A stretch of 64,000 bases of DNA from a bacterium (GTDB lineage Bacteria; Patescibacteriota; Saccharimonadia; CAILAD01; GCA-016700035). This document shows, piece by piece, positions 18,391-29,677 of this stretch; positions within the stretch are counted from its first letter, which is position 1, and every line of letters begins with the position of its first letter. Below the pieces are notes generated by a model. That model did not search any database. It had not been told where the DNA came from and was given only the letters and a program-made list of their open reading frames with translations. Location: contig CP064998.1 of the NCBI GenBank assembly GCA_016700035.1, forward strand, positions 267,848-331,847, given 5' to 3'. Both the position numbers and the translations under genes were made by a program.

Positions 18391-21121
18391 GTGATATCAC
18401 GCAATAAATTACATACTGTTAGTTCTAAATTTAATAAAAAGCTACTACTAGCCCTTACATTATCAGTCCTATCTCTAGCAGTAGTCTGGACTACTGCCAT
18501 TCTAACCGAAACACATATTGCTCAAGCTGCCCCGGGTGATTGGCAATGGCAGAAGCGTAGTAATGGGATTGTGGGAGATGCCCTATATTCATTGTCCATA
18601 GCCAGCTCCACTGACGGCACTAAACTAGCTATGGCAAATTTGAACCCAGCAATAAATACTGGCTACATCTACACCTCCACCGACTCTGGTGCCAGTTGGA
18701 CCGAACAGAATAGCGCTGGCCAACGAACCTGGACATCCATCACCAGCTCAGCAGATGGCACTAAGCTAGCTGCTGTAGAAAATCATTGGGATGATAATCT
18801 AGGCCAAACAGTCGGCTCCATCTACACCTCCACCGACTCTGGCGTTAGCTGGAATGAACAAACCGCGGCTGGCTCCAGAGACTGGCAATTCATCACCAGC
18901 TCGGCTGATGGCACTAAGCTAGCCGCTGTAGTAAATGATGAGGATAATGGCGGTGGCTACATCTACACCTCCACCGATTCCGGTGCCACCTGGACCGAAC
19001 GCACTAGCGCTGGCCAACGAGAATGGCAATCCATAACCAGTTCAGCTGATGGCACTAAGCTAGCCGCTGTAGAAAACCATTGGGATAATAACTTAGGTCA
19101 ACAAGTTGGCTACATCTACACCTCCACCGATTCCGGTGCCACCTGGACCGAACGCACTAGCGCTGGCCAACGAGAATGGCAATCCATAACCAGTTCAGCT
19201 GATGGCACTAAGCTAGCCGCTGTAGAAAACCATTGGGATAATAACTTAGGTCAACAAGTTGGCTACATCTACACCTCCACCGACTCTGGTGCCAGTTGGA
19301 CCGAACAGAATAGCGCTGGCCAACGAACCTGGACATCCATCACCAGCTCAGCAGATGGCACTAAGCTAGCTGCTGTAGAAAATCATTGGGATGATAATCT
19401 AGGCCAAACAGTCGGCTCCATCTACACCTCCACCGACTCTGGTGCCAGTTGGACCGAACAGAATAGCGCTGGCCAACGAACCTGGACATCCATCACCAGC
19501 TCAGCAGATGGCACTAAGCTAGCTGCTGTGGCTGCCATGGATTCTGTCTATACTTCAACAAATTCCGGCGTTAGCTGGACTGAGCAAACCGTAATGGGTA
19601 GTAGAATGTGGTATTCGGTTGCTTCAGATAGTAGTGGTACTAAGCTAGCAGCTGCATCAATCTACGGCTACATCTACACCTCCACCGACTCAGGTGCCAC
19701 CTGGACCGAGCAAACTAGCTCTGGCCAACGAACCTGGGCATCCATAATCAGCTCGGCCGATGGCACTAAGCTAGCGGCTGTAGATGGTCTAGATAATAAC
19801 GGCTACATCTACACCTCCACTGACTCTGGCGCCAGCTGGACAGAACAAACTAGTGCTGGTCAACGAAACTGGAACTCCATAACCAGCTCGGCTGATGGCA
19901 CTAAGCTAGCCGCTGTAGATAATGATAACGGTAATGGCGGCTACATCTACACATCCACCGACTCTGGCGTTAGCTGGAATGAACAAACCGCGGCTGGCTC
20001 CAGAGACTGGCAATCCATCACCAGCTCGGCTGATGGCACTAAGCTCGCAGCTGTAGATAATAATAACGGCTACATCTACACCTCCACCGACTCTGGCGCC
20101 AGCTGGACCGAGCAAACTAGCTCTGGCCAACGAACCTGGGCATCCATAATCAGCTCGGCTGATGGCACTAAGCTAGCAGCTGTAGCTGGTGGCTTTGGTG
20201 ATGACGGCTACATCTACACCTCCACCGACTCTGGCGCCAGCTGGACAGAACAAACTAGCGCTGGTCAACGAGGCTGGTACTCTATAGCCAGCTCGGGTGA
20301 TGGCACTAAGCTAGCCGCTGTAGATAGTAATAACGGCTACATCTACACCTCCACCGATTCTGGCGCAAGCTGGACTGAGCAAACTAGTGCTGGTAGTAGG
20401 CTGTGGATTTCGGTTGCTAGCTCTAGCGCTGGAGATAAGCTAGTAGCATTAGCTCATTTTGGCAACATCTACACCGGCACCATAGAACAAAGAAGTAGTT
20501 GACCCACCAGAACCTCCAACTCCTCCAACCTCCAACACCTCCAACCTCACCACTCCCTCTAGCCCTATCTCAGCCTTCTCTCTCCGCCCAGTCTCTATCT
20601 CTACTCCCACAGGTACTAACATAACCTCTAGCTCTACAGTCCCAGAATCTAGCCTAGTAACTCAAGACCCTAACAACCAATACCCACTAGGTCTAGTAAA
20701 CTTTAGCTTTACTACTAACCAAAGCTCTAACCAAGTAGTCCTAACCTTCATAACTAATCTAACCCCAAACCAAGTAACACCTAAAAAGTATAACCCCAGT
20801 ACTAATACCTACACTAACTTACCAACTTCTGCTAATGCTGTAGTGAGTGAAACTACCATCGATGGTAAACATGCTCTAACCCTAACCTATACCATCATAG
20901 ACAATGGTGAACTAGACCTAGACCCTACAGCTGGTACTATCTCTGACCCAGTTGGTCTAGCGGTATCTAACTCTACCTATGACCAATTAGCAAGTACGGG
21001 GGAGAATACTCAACCAATACTACTAACGGCTGTGTTACTGCTAGTGAGTGGCATGATTATGATTGCTGGAGTTTTATGGGCATTTAGCAGAAGGAAGATA
21101 CATATCCAAGGGGGAAGGTAA
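18391..21121 (+). pseudogene. BNR/Asp-box repeat beta-propeller surface protein, frame disrupted by a 1-nt insertion near 20486-20494 (or a sequencing error)
   Basis: ORF 18391-20502 (703 aa, ~14 'IYTSTDSGxSWTEQ' Asp-box blades) stops at TGA. The downstream frame (20493-21121) encodes the stalk + LASTG + TM + RRK module that is contiguous in the intact paralogue 53848-56481. The paralogue reads 'atagaaggcgaagta' where this copy reads 'atagaacaaagaagta' (+1 nt). Confidence 0.55.
18661..19442 (+). repeat. Perfect intragenic direct repeats inside the BNR gene
   Basis: 182-nt identical copies at 18661-18842 and 19261-19442. Perfect tandem duplication of a 153-nt (51-aa blade) unit at 18955-19107 and 19108-19260. 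Read directly from the sequence. Confidence 0.85.
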
Positions 21122-21126
21122 TAACT

Positions 21127-23178
21127 GTGAGAAATTCAAGACTTATTAAATTAACTGCACTAACTAGACTAGCTAGCCTTACAAAAAACACTAACTACTT
21201 ATTACTATCCGTACTAATAACCCTAACTTCACTACTGCCCATACTACTACCAGCTACAGCAACAGCTGCACCATCCACTCCACCAGACTCTTGTTTTAGT
21301 TTTAATAGTGGCACTCAAACAATAGAGGATTATTATGATTACGAAGCCAACAACAATTCTAACCCTGCTTGCACCAGAGAAGTGATTATACCCAGCGCGA
21401 TTGGCGGCAATCTCGTTACTACTATTGGTTACGAGGCATTCTCTCAAAACCAACTCACCAGCGTCACCATCCCAAACTCCGTAACCTCTATTAGTGGCGA
21501 AGCTTTTAGTAGTAATCAACTCACCAGCATAACTATCCCTAACTCAGTCACTACTATTGGTTATTCTGCTTTCGCTGACAACCAACTCACCAGTGTTGTA
21601 ATACCTAACTCCGTGACTTCTATTGGTTCCGGTACCTTCCGCGACAACCAACTCACCAGTGTCACGATTGAGGGTAGTATTACAACAGCAGGGGGTAATG
21701 AATTTAGTAGTAACCCTATCCAAACCTTCACTTACGGCCTAGATACCTATACATCTTCAGACCCCCTAACAGAAGATTGTTTTGCCTTTGATGGCAGTAA
21801 TATAATAACTGGCTTTAACAAAGCAGATATAGCTACAATTAGAGACCACAGTAATGCTTGCTTAAACCCTAATGTAAATATACCTAGTACAATAGGCGGT
21901 AATTCTGTGACTACTATTGGTAACGAGGTTTTTATGTTAAGTCAAATCTCCAATGTCAATATACCAAATTCTGTTACAAGCATAGGTTTTGCAGCATTTG
22001 TCGGAAATAGACTCACCAGTGTTACTTTTCCTAACACGCTTTCTACTATTGGTGGATATGCTTTTAATCATAACCAAATTACTGAGGTAACTATTCCAGA
22101 CTCAGTTACTACATTAGGCTTACTTGCATTTGATCTTCAAACTAAACCAGGCGGAACAAGCTTGATGGATCTGCAAATGAGTGGACTTGACCCTCAAGTC
22201 ACTCAAGCCTTTATTGACAGCGTAATCTACACCAACATCTATGCCAGCCCTAGCCAAGTAACAGCTCTAAGTCTAGCTGATTCAGAATTGACCGAAGCAG
22301 ATATTATGAGCGAAGATATCAACGCCGACGGCGACCAAACAGACATAATCTCTGGCCAACTCATCAACCCAAGTAGAGTAACCGCCACCTACAAAGACAC
22401 AAACGGTAATACTATTGCCCCCAGCACTACAGCTACCGGCACAGGTTTGTCTTCCTACCTAGCAGTAGATAACCCAACCAATGATCTAGGCCTGTACTAC
22501 CGAGCTGGTGGTAGCTACACTGTACCAACCGCCCCTACCATTGCTGGCTACACTATCCAAACTACTCCAAGTAACATAGCTAGCCTATCTGCTGGAGACA
22601 ATCAAATCAACTATATCTATACAGCTAACAGCAACAATGAAGACAACACACTTTCCACACCTCTCTCCAACAACACCACCAGCTACCTAGTCTTGCCAGA
22701 TGATGTAACTAACCCTAGCTTTACTACTACACCAACTAACACTATCCCTAGTGACACAGCCTATTCCTTCCCAACTAGTCTAGTATCCTTTCAATTTGAT
22801 ACCACACCTGGATCAACTAAAGCTATAACCCTATACTTTGATCTTCCTGGTAACCCATCAGACTACACAGCCAGAAAGTATGACACCAATAACCATAGCT
22901 TTAGTACTATAACCTCAGCCACCATAACCAGAGAAACCTATAACAACAAATCTCTACTAAAACTAACCTACAACATCACCGATGGAGGTCTACTAGACCA
23001 AGACCACACAATCAACGGAACCATCATAGATCCAGTAGGTTTAGCTACTAACACAGTTGGTGCACCACAGACTGGAGTGGAGCGCTGGGGGAGTGGTTGG
23101 GTTGAGGATGCACTGGATGGAATTGTGGCATTTGGTATTGGTCTATGGAAACAGAGGACTGCTTTAGGTTGGTTTTGA
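21127..23178 (+). CDS. Surface protein with BspA-type leucine-rich repeats and C-terminal stalk domain
   Basis: Signal peptide (…LLPATATAAPSTPPDSCF). ~22-aa repeats 'NQLTSVTIPNSVTSIG..AF'. Stalk domain 'YTARKYD...LKLTYNITDGGLLDQD...IDPVGLA' then 'APQTG'. GTG start 5 nt after the BNR gene stop. Confidence 0.65.
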   Translation: MRNSRLIKLTALTRLASLTKNTNYLLLSVLITLTSLLPILLPATATAAPSTPPDSCFSFNSGTQTIEDYYDYEANNNSNPACTREVIIPSAIGGNLVTTIGYEAFSQNQLTSVTIPNSVTSISGEAFSSNQLTSITIPNSVTTIGYSAFADNQLTSVVIPNSVTSIGSGTFRDNQLTSVTIEGSITTAGGNEFSSNPIQTFTYGLDTYTSSDPLTEDCFAFDGSNIITGFNKADIATIRDHSNACLNPNVNIPSTIGGNSVTTIGNEVFMLSQISNVNIPNSVTSIGFAAFVGNRLTSVTFPNTLSTIGGYAFNHNQITEVTIPDSVTTLGLLAFDLQTKPGGTSLMDLQMSGLDPQVTQAFIDSVIYTNIYASPSQVTALSLADSELTEADIMSEDINADGDQTDIISGQLINPSRVTATYKDTNGNTIAPSTTATGTGLSSYLAVDNPTNDLGLYYRAGGSYTVPTAPTIAGYTIQTTPSNIASLSAGDNQINYIYTANSNNEDNTLSTPLSNNTTSYLVLPDDVTNPSFTTTPTNTIPSDTAYSFPTSLVSFQFDTTPGSTKAITLYFDLPGNPSDYTARKYDTNNHSFSTITSATITRETYNNKSLLKLTYNITDGGLLDQDHTINGTIIDPVGLATNTVGAPQTGVERWGSGWVEDALDGIVAFGIGLWKQRTALGWF

Positions 23179-23243
23179 GTAATATTGATAATTTCTGTTA
23201 TATTTCAGCCAAGTTTCAGTCAAAGTCGGCTATACTATAGGTA

Positions 23244-24323
23244 ATGGTTTTGATTATTCTGCTTGTATTATTCATATTTTCTGCCTTGGTGATTGCGCAT
23301 GAGTGGGGGCACTTTATTGTAGCGCGCCGCAATGGGATTAGGGTACATGAGTTTGGCATTGGTTTTCCGCCTAAGCTTTGGGGGAAGAAAAAAGGTGAAA
23401 CCCTCTATACGATTAATTTACTACCATTGGGTGGCTTTGTGCGCTTGGAAGGAGAAGACAATGAGTCGAAGGGGCCAAAAAGCTTTGCCTCGAAATCGCT
23501 CTGGGTAAAAACCAAGGTGCTGATGGCTGGTGTGGCAATGAATGCCCTGATTGCCTACGTTATTTTTGTTTATTTAGCGGCTACTGGTATTCCGCAAATT
23601 TTTCCATTTGAGATGCCAAATTTTGGCTTCGTACAACCAATTCAGGCTGAGGCGCCAAAGTTAGTGATCTTTCAAGTGGGCGAAGGCTCGGCTGCAGAAT
23701 CGGCCGGCTTGAGCACTGGTGATACACTAGTTTCTTTAAACGGTAGAAGCTTTACAAATGAGTCCGACCTAAAAGCTTACACCACAGAGATTAAGGGCCA
23801 GAAAGCTACAGTGGTATTTATTCAGGCTGGTGAGCAAAAAACTCGTGAAGTTACACTTGGGGCCGATGCCGATAAGGGGGTGTTGGGCGTAGTAGCACTA
23901 CCGCAGGCGAAGGAAAAATATACCTGGTATGCGGCACCGTTTGCGGCCATTGGGTTGATGTGGCAGTCGCTGGTGGCTACAGTGGTGGCATTTTTGGGAG
24001 CCATCTGGACACTGATTTCTCGTGCTACGGTAGCTGAAACGGTGACTGGGCCGGTGGGTGTAACGGCAGTTTTTGGGCAAGTGGTAAAATTTGGCCTCGA
24101 TTATGTTTTGGTGCTGGTGGCTTCAATATCTATTTCGCTAGCGGTTATTAATGCCCTGCCATTACCAGCTTTGGATGGCGGTAGATTATTCTTGTTGGTA
24201 CTTCGACGCATAGGAATTCCGATAAGTGAAAAACAAGAAGGCTGGGTGCATTTAGCCGGATTTGCTCTACTAATTATTTTTGGCATAATTATTGCTATTT
24301 CAGATATAACAAGATTTTTTTAA
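23244..24323 (+). CDS. rseP: RseP-like site-2 protease (M50 zinc metalloprotease with PDZ)
   Basis: 'HEWGHF' HExxH in the first TM; PDZ segment; C-terminal 'LNALPLPALDGG' motif. Confidence 0.75.
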   Translation: MVLIILLVLFIFSALVIAHEWGHFIVARRNGIRVHEFGIGFPPKLWGKKKGETLYTINLLPLGGFVRLEGEDNESKGPKSFASKSLWVKTKVLMAGVAMNALIAYVIFVYLAATGIPQIFPFEMPNFGFVQPIQAEAPKLVIFQVGEGSAAESAGLSTGDTLVSLNGRSFTNESDLKAYTTEIKGQKATVVFIQAGEQKTREVTLGADADKGVLGVVALPQAKEKYTWYAAPFAAIGLMWQSLVATVVAFLGAIWTLISRATVAETVTGPVGVTAVFGQVVKFGLDYVLVLVASISISLAVINALPLPALDGGRLFLLVLRRIGIPISEKQEGWVHLAGFALLIIFGIIIAISDITRFF

Positions 24324-24329
24324 GGCAAA

Positions 24330-25079
24330 GTGATGCGTATTAGGGTGCTTCCAAGTCGTGTGACGGCATGGCGCGAATCTGTTCCATTTGACGCAAGGGA
24401 TGCTTTGGCAGCTCTGAGTCTGCCGATAATCTTACCGGTTTTAGCATATTTAACGATAGAATTTTGGTATAAACTAGGATTTTTGCCGAGCTGGATTCAA
24501 CCAATACTGGGTGGGTCACCAATCGCCTTAGCGCTTCAGTATGCGTTAACCCTAGTGACTGAAATCATCATCTTGCTAGTGTTAGTAAAAAAACGTGGGG
24601 CAGGAAAGCTGGGGCTTGGGCTACGTAGAACGAGTGATGTTTGGTATTTGGTAGCTTTTGGTCTGTATTTTGCTCAAATAGCTTTAATAATAGCAATTTT
24701 TGCAGTGGTTAATGTATTGCTACCAGGCGTAGATACTGAACAGGAGCAGGCAGTTTTTGAGTTTGGTAGGAATGGCTGGGGATTTTGGCTGGCTGCTATT
24801 AGCTCGGTGGTGATTGCACCAATAATTGAAGAATTACTTTTTCGTGGTATTTTGTTTGCTGGCTTGGCTCGCCGTTGGCCGGTGTGGCTGGCGGCAGTTT
24901 TATCATCATTAGCATTTGCTCTTTTGCATGGGCAAGTTAATGTTGGGATTTACACCTTTATATTAGGAATGTTGTTGAGTTGGTGCTATGTGCGATCGGG
25001 TAGCTTGTATCCTGGTATGTTAGTTCATTTTTTAAATAATCTCGTGGCATTTGCGTTATTAACACAAGCCTCTGGGTAA
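24330..25079 (+). CDS. CPBP-family (CAAX/Abi) intramembrane metalloprotease
   Basis: 'EELLFRG', 'FALLHG' and 'HFLNN' motifs in a polytopic membrane protein. Confidence 0.65.
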   Translation: MMRIRVLPSRVTAWRESVPFDARDALAALSLPIILPVLAYLTIEFWYKLGFLPSWIQPILGGSPIALALQYALTLVTEIIILLVLVKKRGAGKLGLGLRRTSDVWYLVAFGLYFAQIALIIAIFAVVNVLLPGVDTEQEQAVFEFGRNGWGFWLAAISSVVIAPIIEELLFRGILFAGLARRWPVWLAAVLSSLAFALLHGQVNVGIYTFILGMLLSWCYVRSGSLYPGMLVHFLNNLVAFALLTQASG

Positions 25080-25139
25080 TTAAGCTAAAAGATCTGACTC
25101 CTCTAGTAACAGGTCGTTACTCCTGATAAACTAAGAGTA

Positions 25140-26210
25140 ATGAAATTGCCGAGAGTCCGTCTACCAGAGTTTATAGGACGGCTGTCTCACGATATTGGTA
25201 TCGATTTGGGGACAGCTAATACTTTGGTTTATCTGCGCGGTAAAGGCATTATTATTGATGAGCCAAGTGTGGTGGCGGTAAATAATAAAACGCGTCAGAT
25301 TCTTGCGATTGGTGATGAGGCGAAGCGGATGGTTGGCAAAACTCCAGCTAATATTGTTGCCTCGCGTCCGTTGGTGGATGGGGTGGTGTCAGATTTTGAG
25401 GTGACTGAGCAGATGCTTAAGTATTTTATAAATAAAGTGCATAAGGCTCATTTTGCGCTAATTCCACGTCCGCGGGTGGTGATTGGTATTCCTTCTGGGG
25501 TAACTGAAGTAGAGAAGCGAGCGGTGGAAGATGCCGCTACTAATGCTGGTGCGCGGTCAGCTTTTTTGATTGAAGAGCCAATGGCGGCTGCTGTGGGGGC
25601 AGAATTGCCGGTGCATGATGCGGCTGGCTCGATGATTGTAGATATTGGTGGTGGTACCAGTGAAGTGGCAGTTATTTCTTTGGGTGGCATTGTGGCGTCT
25701 CGATCAATTCGGATAGCCGGCGATGAGCTAACAGAAGATATTATTGCTTTTTCTAAGGAAGAGTTTAACCTGCAGGTTGGGGAGCGGACGGCCGAAGCGA
25801 TTAAGCTATCGGTTGGCTCGGCTTGCGAGCTAGAACATACGCTAGAGGCACCGATTCGTGGTCGCGATATAATTACGGGATTACCAAAGGAAGTTATCAT
25901 TAACTCTGATCAGGTTCGCACAGCTCTTTCTAAGTCGGTGCGAGCTATAGTAAATGCAGTGAAGGACACTATTGAAGAAACACCACCAGAGTTGATTGCC
26001 GATATTATGGATCGGGGTATTCATCTGGCTGGCGGTGGAGCATTATTGCGGGGCTTGGATGAGCTACTCACTCAGCAAACTAAAATGCCGGTGGTAATTG
26101 TTGATGATCCATTAACGGCGGTGGCGCGCGGTACAGGGGCTGTTTTAGAGGATATTGATATGCTCAAAGATGTGTTGGTGTCGACGCAGTATGAAAAAAT
26201 CCCACGCTAG
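25140..26210 (+). CDS. mreB: Rod-shape-determining actin homologue MreB
   Basis: 'IGIDLGTANTLVY', 'DIGGGTSEVAVIS' and 'GIHLAGGGALLRGLD' motifs. Confidence 0.9.
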   Translation: MKLPRVRLPEFIGRLSHDIGIDLGTANTLVYLRGKGIIIDEPSVVAVNNKTRQILAIGDEAKRMVGKTPANIVASRPLVDGVVSDFEVTEQMLKYFINKVHKAHFALIPRPRVVIGIPSGVTEVEKRAVEDAATNAGARSAFLIEEPMAAAVGAELPVHDAAGSMIVDIGGGTSEVAVISLGGIVASRSIRIAGDELTEDIIAFSKEEFNLQVGERTAEAIKLSVGSACELEHTLEAPIRGRDIITGLPKEVIINSDQVRTALSKSVRAIVNAVKDTIEETPPELIADIMDRGIHLAGGGALLRGLDELLTQQTKMPVVIVDDPLTAVARGTGAVLEDIDMLKDVLVSTQYEKIPR

Positions 26211-26222
26211 GAGGAGGAAGAT

Positions 26223-27026
26223 ATGCAACGCTCAAAGCCTCATACTCGTACTCGAATTATCGTGCTAGTTTCATTAATAATAGTTTCGGTCGTGATAGCT
26301 TTTCAATTGTTGGGCTTGTGGCGACCTTTTCGGATTGTGCTTGATACCTTAACCCAGCCTATTGTGCGGGTTTCTTCAGGCTTTGGGCGGTGGGCAGGTA
26401 ATAATATGGCTACAATTGGTTCGTTGGGGCGCTTGAGCCAAGATAATGCCGACTTGCAACGACGTATTAACGAGAAGGATAGTGAGCTAGTGCGATTGAA
26501 GGAGCTAGAGAAAGAGAATGATTTATTGCGAGCTCAATTAAATTTTTCTGAAGAGCAGAAGCTGGACTTAGTAGGGGCACGCGTGGTGGCTTATAGCCCT
26601 GATAATGTGCGGCACAATATTACTTTGGATGTTGGTCGATCGGATGGGGTGGAGCCTGGTATGGCAGTGGTTAGTTCGGGGGCGATCATCGGTAAAATTG
26701 AACAAGTGCATGACGAAACAAGTGAAGTATTTTTGGTAAGCGATCCAGAATTTCGGGTTCTTTCTATGACGCAAGGTGGTCGAGCTAGAGGTATTGTACG
26801 GGGCCAGCTGGGTAGTGGTTTGCGGATGGAGCAGATTGCTCAAAATGAAGTTATTACAACTGGAGAGTATGTGGTTAGTGCTGGTAGTGATAGGGTGCCG
26901 AAGGGTTTGCCGATTGGTATTGTTGAGTCAATCGACCGGAGTGATAATGAAATTTTTCAGGCTGCTAATATTAAGCCAATAGTTGATACTAGACGACTGG
27001 AAATTGTTTTTGTGGTGAAAGGCTAA
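26223..27026 (+). CDS. mreC: Rod-shape-determining protein MreC
   Basis: N-terminal TM, coiled-coil, C-terminal beta domain; position directly after mreB. Confidence 0.75.
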   Translation: MQRSKPHTRTRIIVLVSLIIVSVVIAFQLLGLWRPFRIVLDTLTQPIVRVSSGFGRWAGNNMATIGSLGRLSQDNADLQRRINEKDSELVRLKELEKENDLLRAQLNFSEEQKLDLVGARVVAYSPDNVRHNITLDVGRSDGVEPGMAVVSSGAIIGKIEQVHDETSEVFLVSDPEFRVLSMTQGGRARGIVRGQLGSGLRMEQIAQNEVITTGEYVVSAGSDRVPKGLPIGIVESIDRSDNEIFQAANIKPIVDTRRLEIVFVVKG

Positions 27027-27027
27027 A

Positions 27028-27525
27028 ATGATTCGCGCTAGAATCATAATTTTAGCCATAATTATTGGCTTAGTGCAGATAAGTCTGCACGCTATGGATA
27101 CGAATTGGGTAATCCCAAACTTAGTGCTTATTTTTGTGGTGTGGTTTGCGCCAAAACTAGATTATCTACCAATGACAATGTTGGTAATTTTGTTGAGCGT
27201 ATTAGTTGAGGTGAGTAGTTTGTTGCCGGTGGGCATTATTACATTGAGTTTATTTTTGGTGATGTTGGCTTCGAAGTTGGTGTTTCGCGGTAGCTATGAT
27301 ACCGATAAGTGGACTTTTCAACTGGCTTTAGTGGCAGTAGCTACAGTGGTATTTAACCTGATTTTTTACGCAACACTACCGGGCGAGGCAATGATTGGTC
27401 GACTTGGTTATGTGGGCATACGCATACTGCTGGAGGTGTTGTATAATGGCGCTATACTGTTACTCGTTGTGGGCTTGAGTGATAGGCGCATACAGACCCA
27501 TCAACATTATCGTTTGCCGCAGTAA
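27028..27525 (+). CDS. mreD: Rod-shape-determining protein MreD (membrane)
   Basis: 165-aa multi-TM protein between mreC and mrdA. The call rests on position and hydrophobicity. Confidence 0.55.
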   Translation: MIRARIIILAIIIGLVQISLHAMDTNWVIPNLVLIFVVWFAPKLDYLPMTMLVILLSVLVEVSSLLPVGIITLSLFLVMLASKLVFRGSYDTDKWTFQLALVAVATVVFNLIFYATLPGEAMIGRLGYVGIRILLEVLYNGAILLLVVGLSDRRIQTHQHYRLPQ

Positions 27526-27589
27526 TTGGTAATTAAGGGGTATATTATCGCTCGATCAATTTTTGGAAATTATAGTGCCGGCCAAGATA

Positions 27590-29523
27590 TGAAGGCATCG
27601 CGCAGGGAGCAAAAAGTTACCGATAGTGAAGCTTGGTCGGTAGCAATTCTGCCTGGCAGTGATGAAAATCGTTCTGGTTCAGAGATGAGCTTTGCGCATT
27701 TGAAGTGGTTTATTGCGGTGGCCGGCGTAGTTGGTGTGGTGCTTGTAGGTCAGCTCTTTAACTTACAGGTAGTGCAGGGTGCGCGTAATCAGTCGCTAGC
27801 CGATGGGAACCGGATTCGCCAAAATGTTATTCGTGCACCGAGAGGGGCGATTTATGATAGTAAGGGTGAGCTCTTGGCACGCAATGTGGCCAACTTTGAC
27901 TTGGTTGCAACAGCTGCTCGCTTACCGAGAAAAAATGATGAGCGGCGACAAGTGTATGAGCAACTCAGTAAGATTGTTGGGCAGTCACCTGAAGAGATTC
28001 AGACTAAAGTTGAAAAGGATGGATCGGCTTCACCGTTACCCACTCTTATTCAGGAGAGTGTACCGCGTGATATAGCGTTGGCTGTTGAAGAGCAAAAAGC
28101 CAGTTTGCCAGGGATTGATTTGGATACCAATCCAATTCGTGAGTATTTGGATGGCGGAATGCTAGCTCATTTTTTGGGGTACACAAGCCGTATATCAGCC
28201 GAAGATCTAAAGAATAATAAAGATTATCGACCAACCGACTACATAGGTAAGGTCGGTATTGAACGAGCTTATGAAGACGATCTAAAAGGTGAGGCTGGAG
28301 CGGAGCAGTCGGAGGTTGATGCAACTGGCAAGCCAATTAAAGTGTTAGCTGCCAAAGATCCGACGGCTGGAAATTCTCTTAATTTAACAATTAACTTTGG
28401 CTTGCAGAAGGCAATGAGTGAGGCATTAGCGCGGGAAGCCACGACAGCTGGCTCGGGGCGTGGGGCGGCCGTGGCGATAGATCCACGCAACGGGCAGATT
28501 TTAGCTGCAGCTAATTATCCAAACTACGACAATAATCTATTTGCTAAAGGTATTAAGCAGGATGTTTATCAGTCGCTTTTAAATGATCCAAACCGGCCGC
28601 TTTTTAATAAAGTGGCGGGTGGAAACTATCCGGTTGGTTCGACGATCAAGCCATTTGTTTCGGCGGCAGCTTTTCAGGAGAATATCATCAATGCCTCCAC
28701 TACAGTGGTAGACCAGGGCAAGTTAGACATTCCGAATCAGTACGACCCGTCAATCGTTTATACTTTTAAGGGATGGAAGCCCGAAGGTCTGGGAACGGTT
28801 GATGTATATCGGGCAATATCGATGAGTTCGGATATTTTTTATTATATGGTTGGCGGTGGCTATCAGAACTTTAAGGGGCTGGGTATTAATCGCTTGTTGG
28901 AGTATTACAAAAAATTTGGCTTTGGCACAAAGACTGGCCTAGATATTGGTGATGAAACAGCCGGTTATTTGCCAAGTCCGGCTATTAAGAAGAAAAATAC
29001 TGGTGAAGATTGGTATGTGGGAGACACTTATAACGTTTCGATTGGTCAGGGTAATTTTATGGCTAGCCCGCTCCAGCTAGCAACAGCACTTTCGACTATC
29101 GCTAATGGGGGGACTCTTTATAAACCGTATATGGTAAAGGAGGTGGTTGACGAAAATGGGAAAGTTGTTCGAGAGCTAAAACCTCAAGTGGTGCGCTCCG
29201 ACTTTATTAAGCCAGAATACATCAATATGGTGCAAAAAGGCATGCGTCAAACTATGGAATCGGGTACTGGCTGTTGTTCAACAAATCGAGAAGTGCCAGT
29301 ACCGGTGGCTGGCAAGAGTGGGACGGCCGAAACTAGCTCGGAGGGGTTTGACGTAAAAAATAAGCGCTCACGTCCGCATGCCTGGTTTGAGGCTTATGCG
29401 CCGTATGATAAGCCAGAAATTTTAGTAGTAGCCTTGGTAGAATATTCTGGTGAGGGTGCAGAATTTGCTTTGCCGGTGGTACGCGATTCATTGAAATGGT
29501 ATTTTACAGAAGGGAAGAAATAA
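27590..29523 (+). CDS. mrdA: Penicillin-binding protein 2 (elongation transpeptidase)
   Basis: TM then dimerisation domain. Transpeptidase motifs 'STIKP', 'SSD' (…AISMSSDIF) and 'KSGTA'. Start is uncertain: ATG 27590 is chosen here, ATG 27685 is an alternative, and the tracked TTG at 27526 is unlikely. Confidence 0.8.
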
Positions 29524-29608
29524 CTGCTAAAATTTGCTTGACGTAGAGATATGTAGCGTGCAATAATACGTTCCGACAAGGATTAAAACCTGGTGGAGCA
29601 AATTCTGT

Positions 29609-29637
29609 AAGGCTCAGTGATTTGAGGCCTTTTTTTC
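29609..29637 (+). terminator. Intrinsic terminator between mrdA and greA
   Basis: Hairpin AAGGCTCA-gtgattt-GAGGCCT followed by T7. Confidence 0.45.
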
Positions 29638-29677
29638 TTAGAGATGTTCCATATGGAGGAGGGTACAAGGAGTTATT

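Noticed and set aside
18391-20502. Highly regular ~150-nt repeats that could be mistaken for a CRISPR or other non-coding array
   Set aside because: The repeats are in-frame coding units (one BNR/Asp-box blade each) within a long ORF. There are no short unique spacers and no cas genes.
27526-27589. TTG start immediately after the mreD stop for the PBP2 gene
   Set aside because: It is an ORF-finder extension. In-frame ATG codons at 27590 and 27685 give a conventional short cytoplasmic tail before the TM helix, but the exact start remains uncertain.
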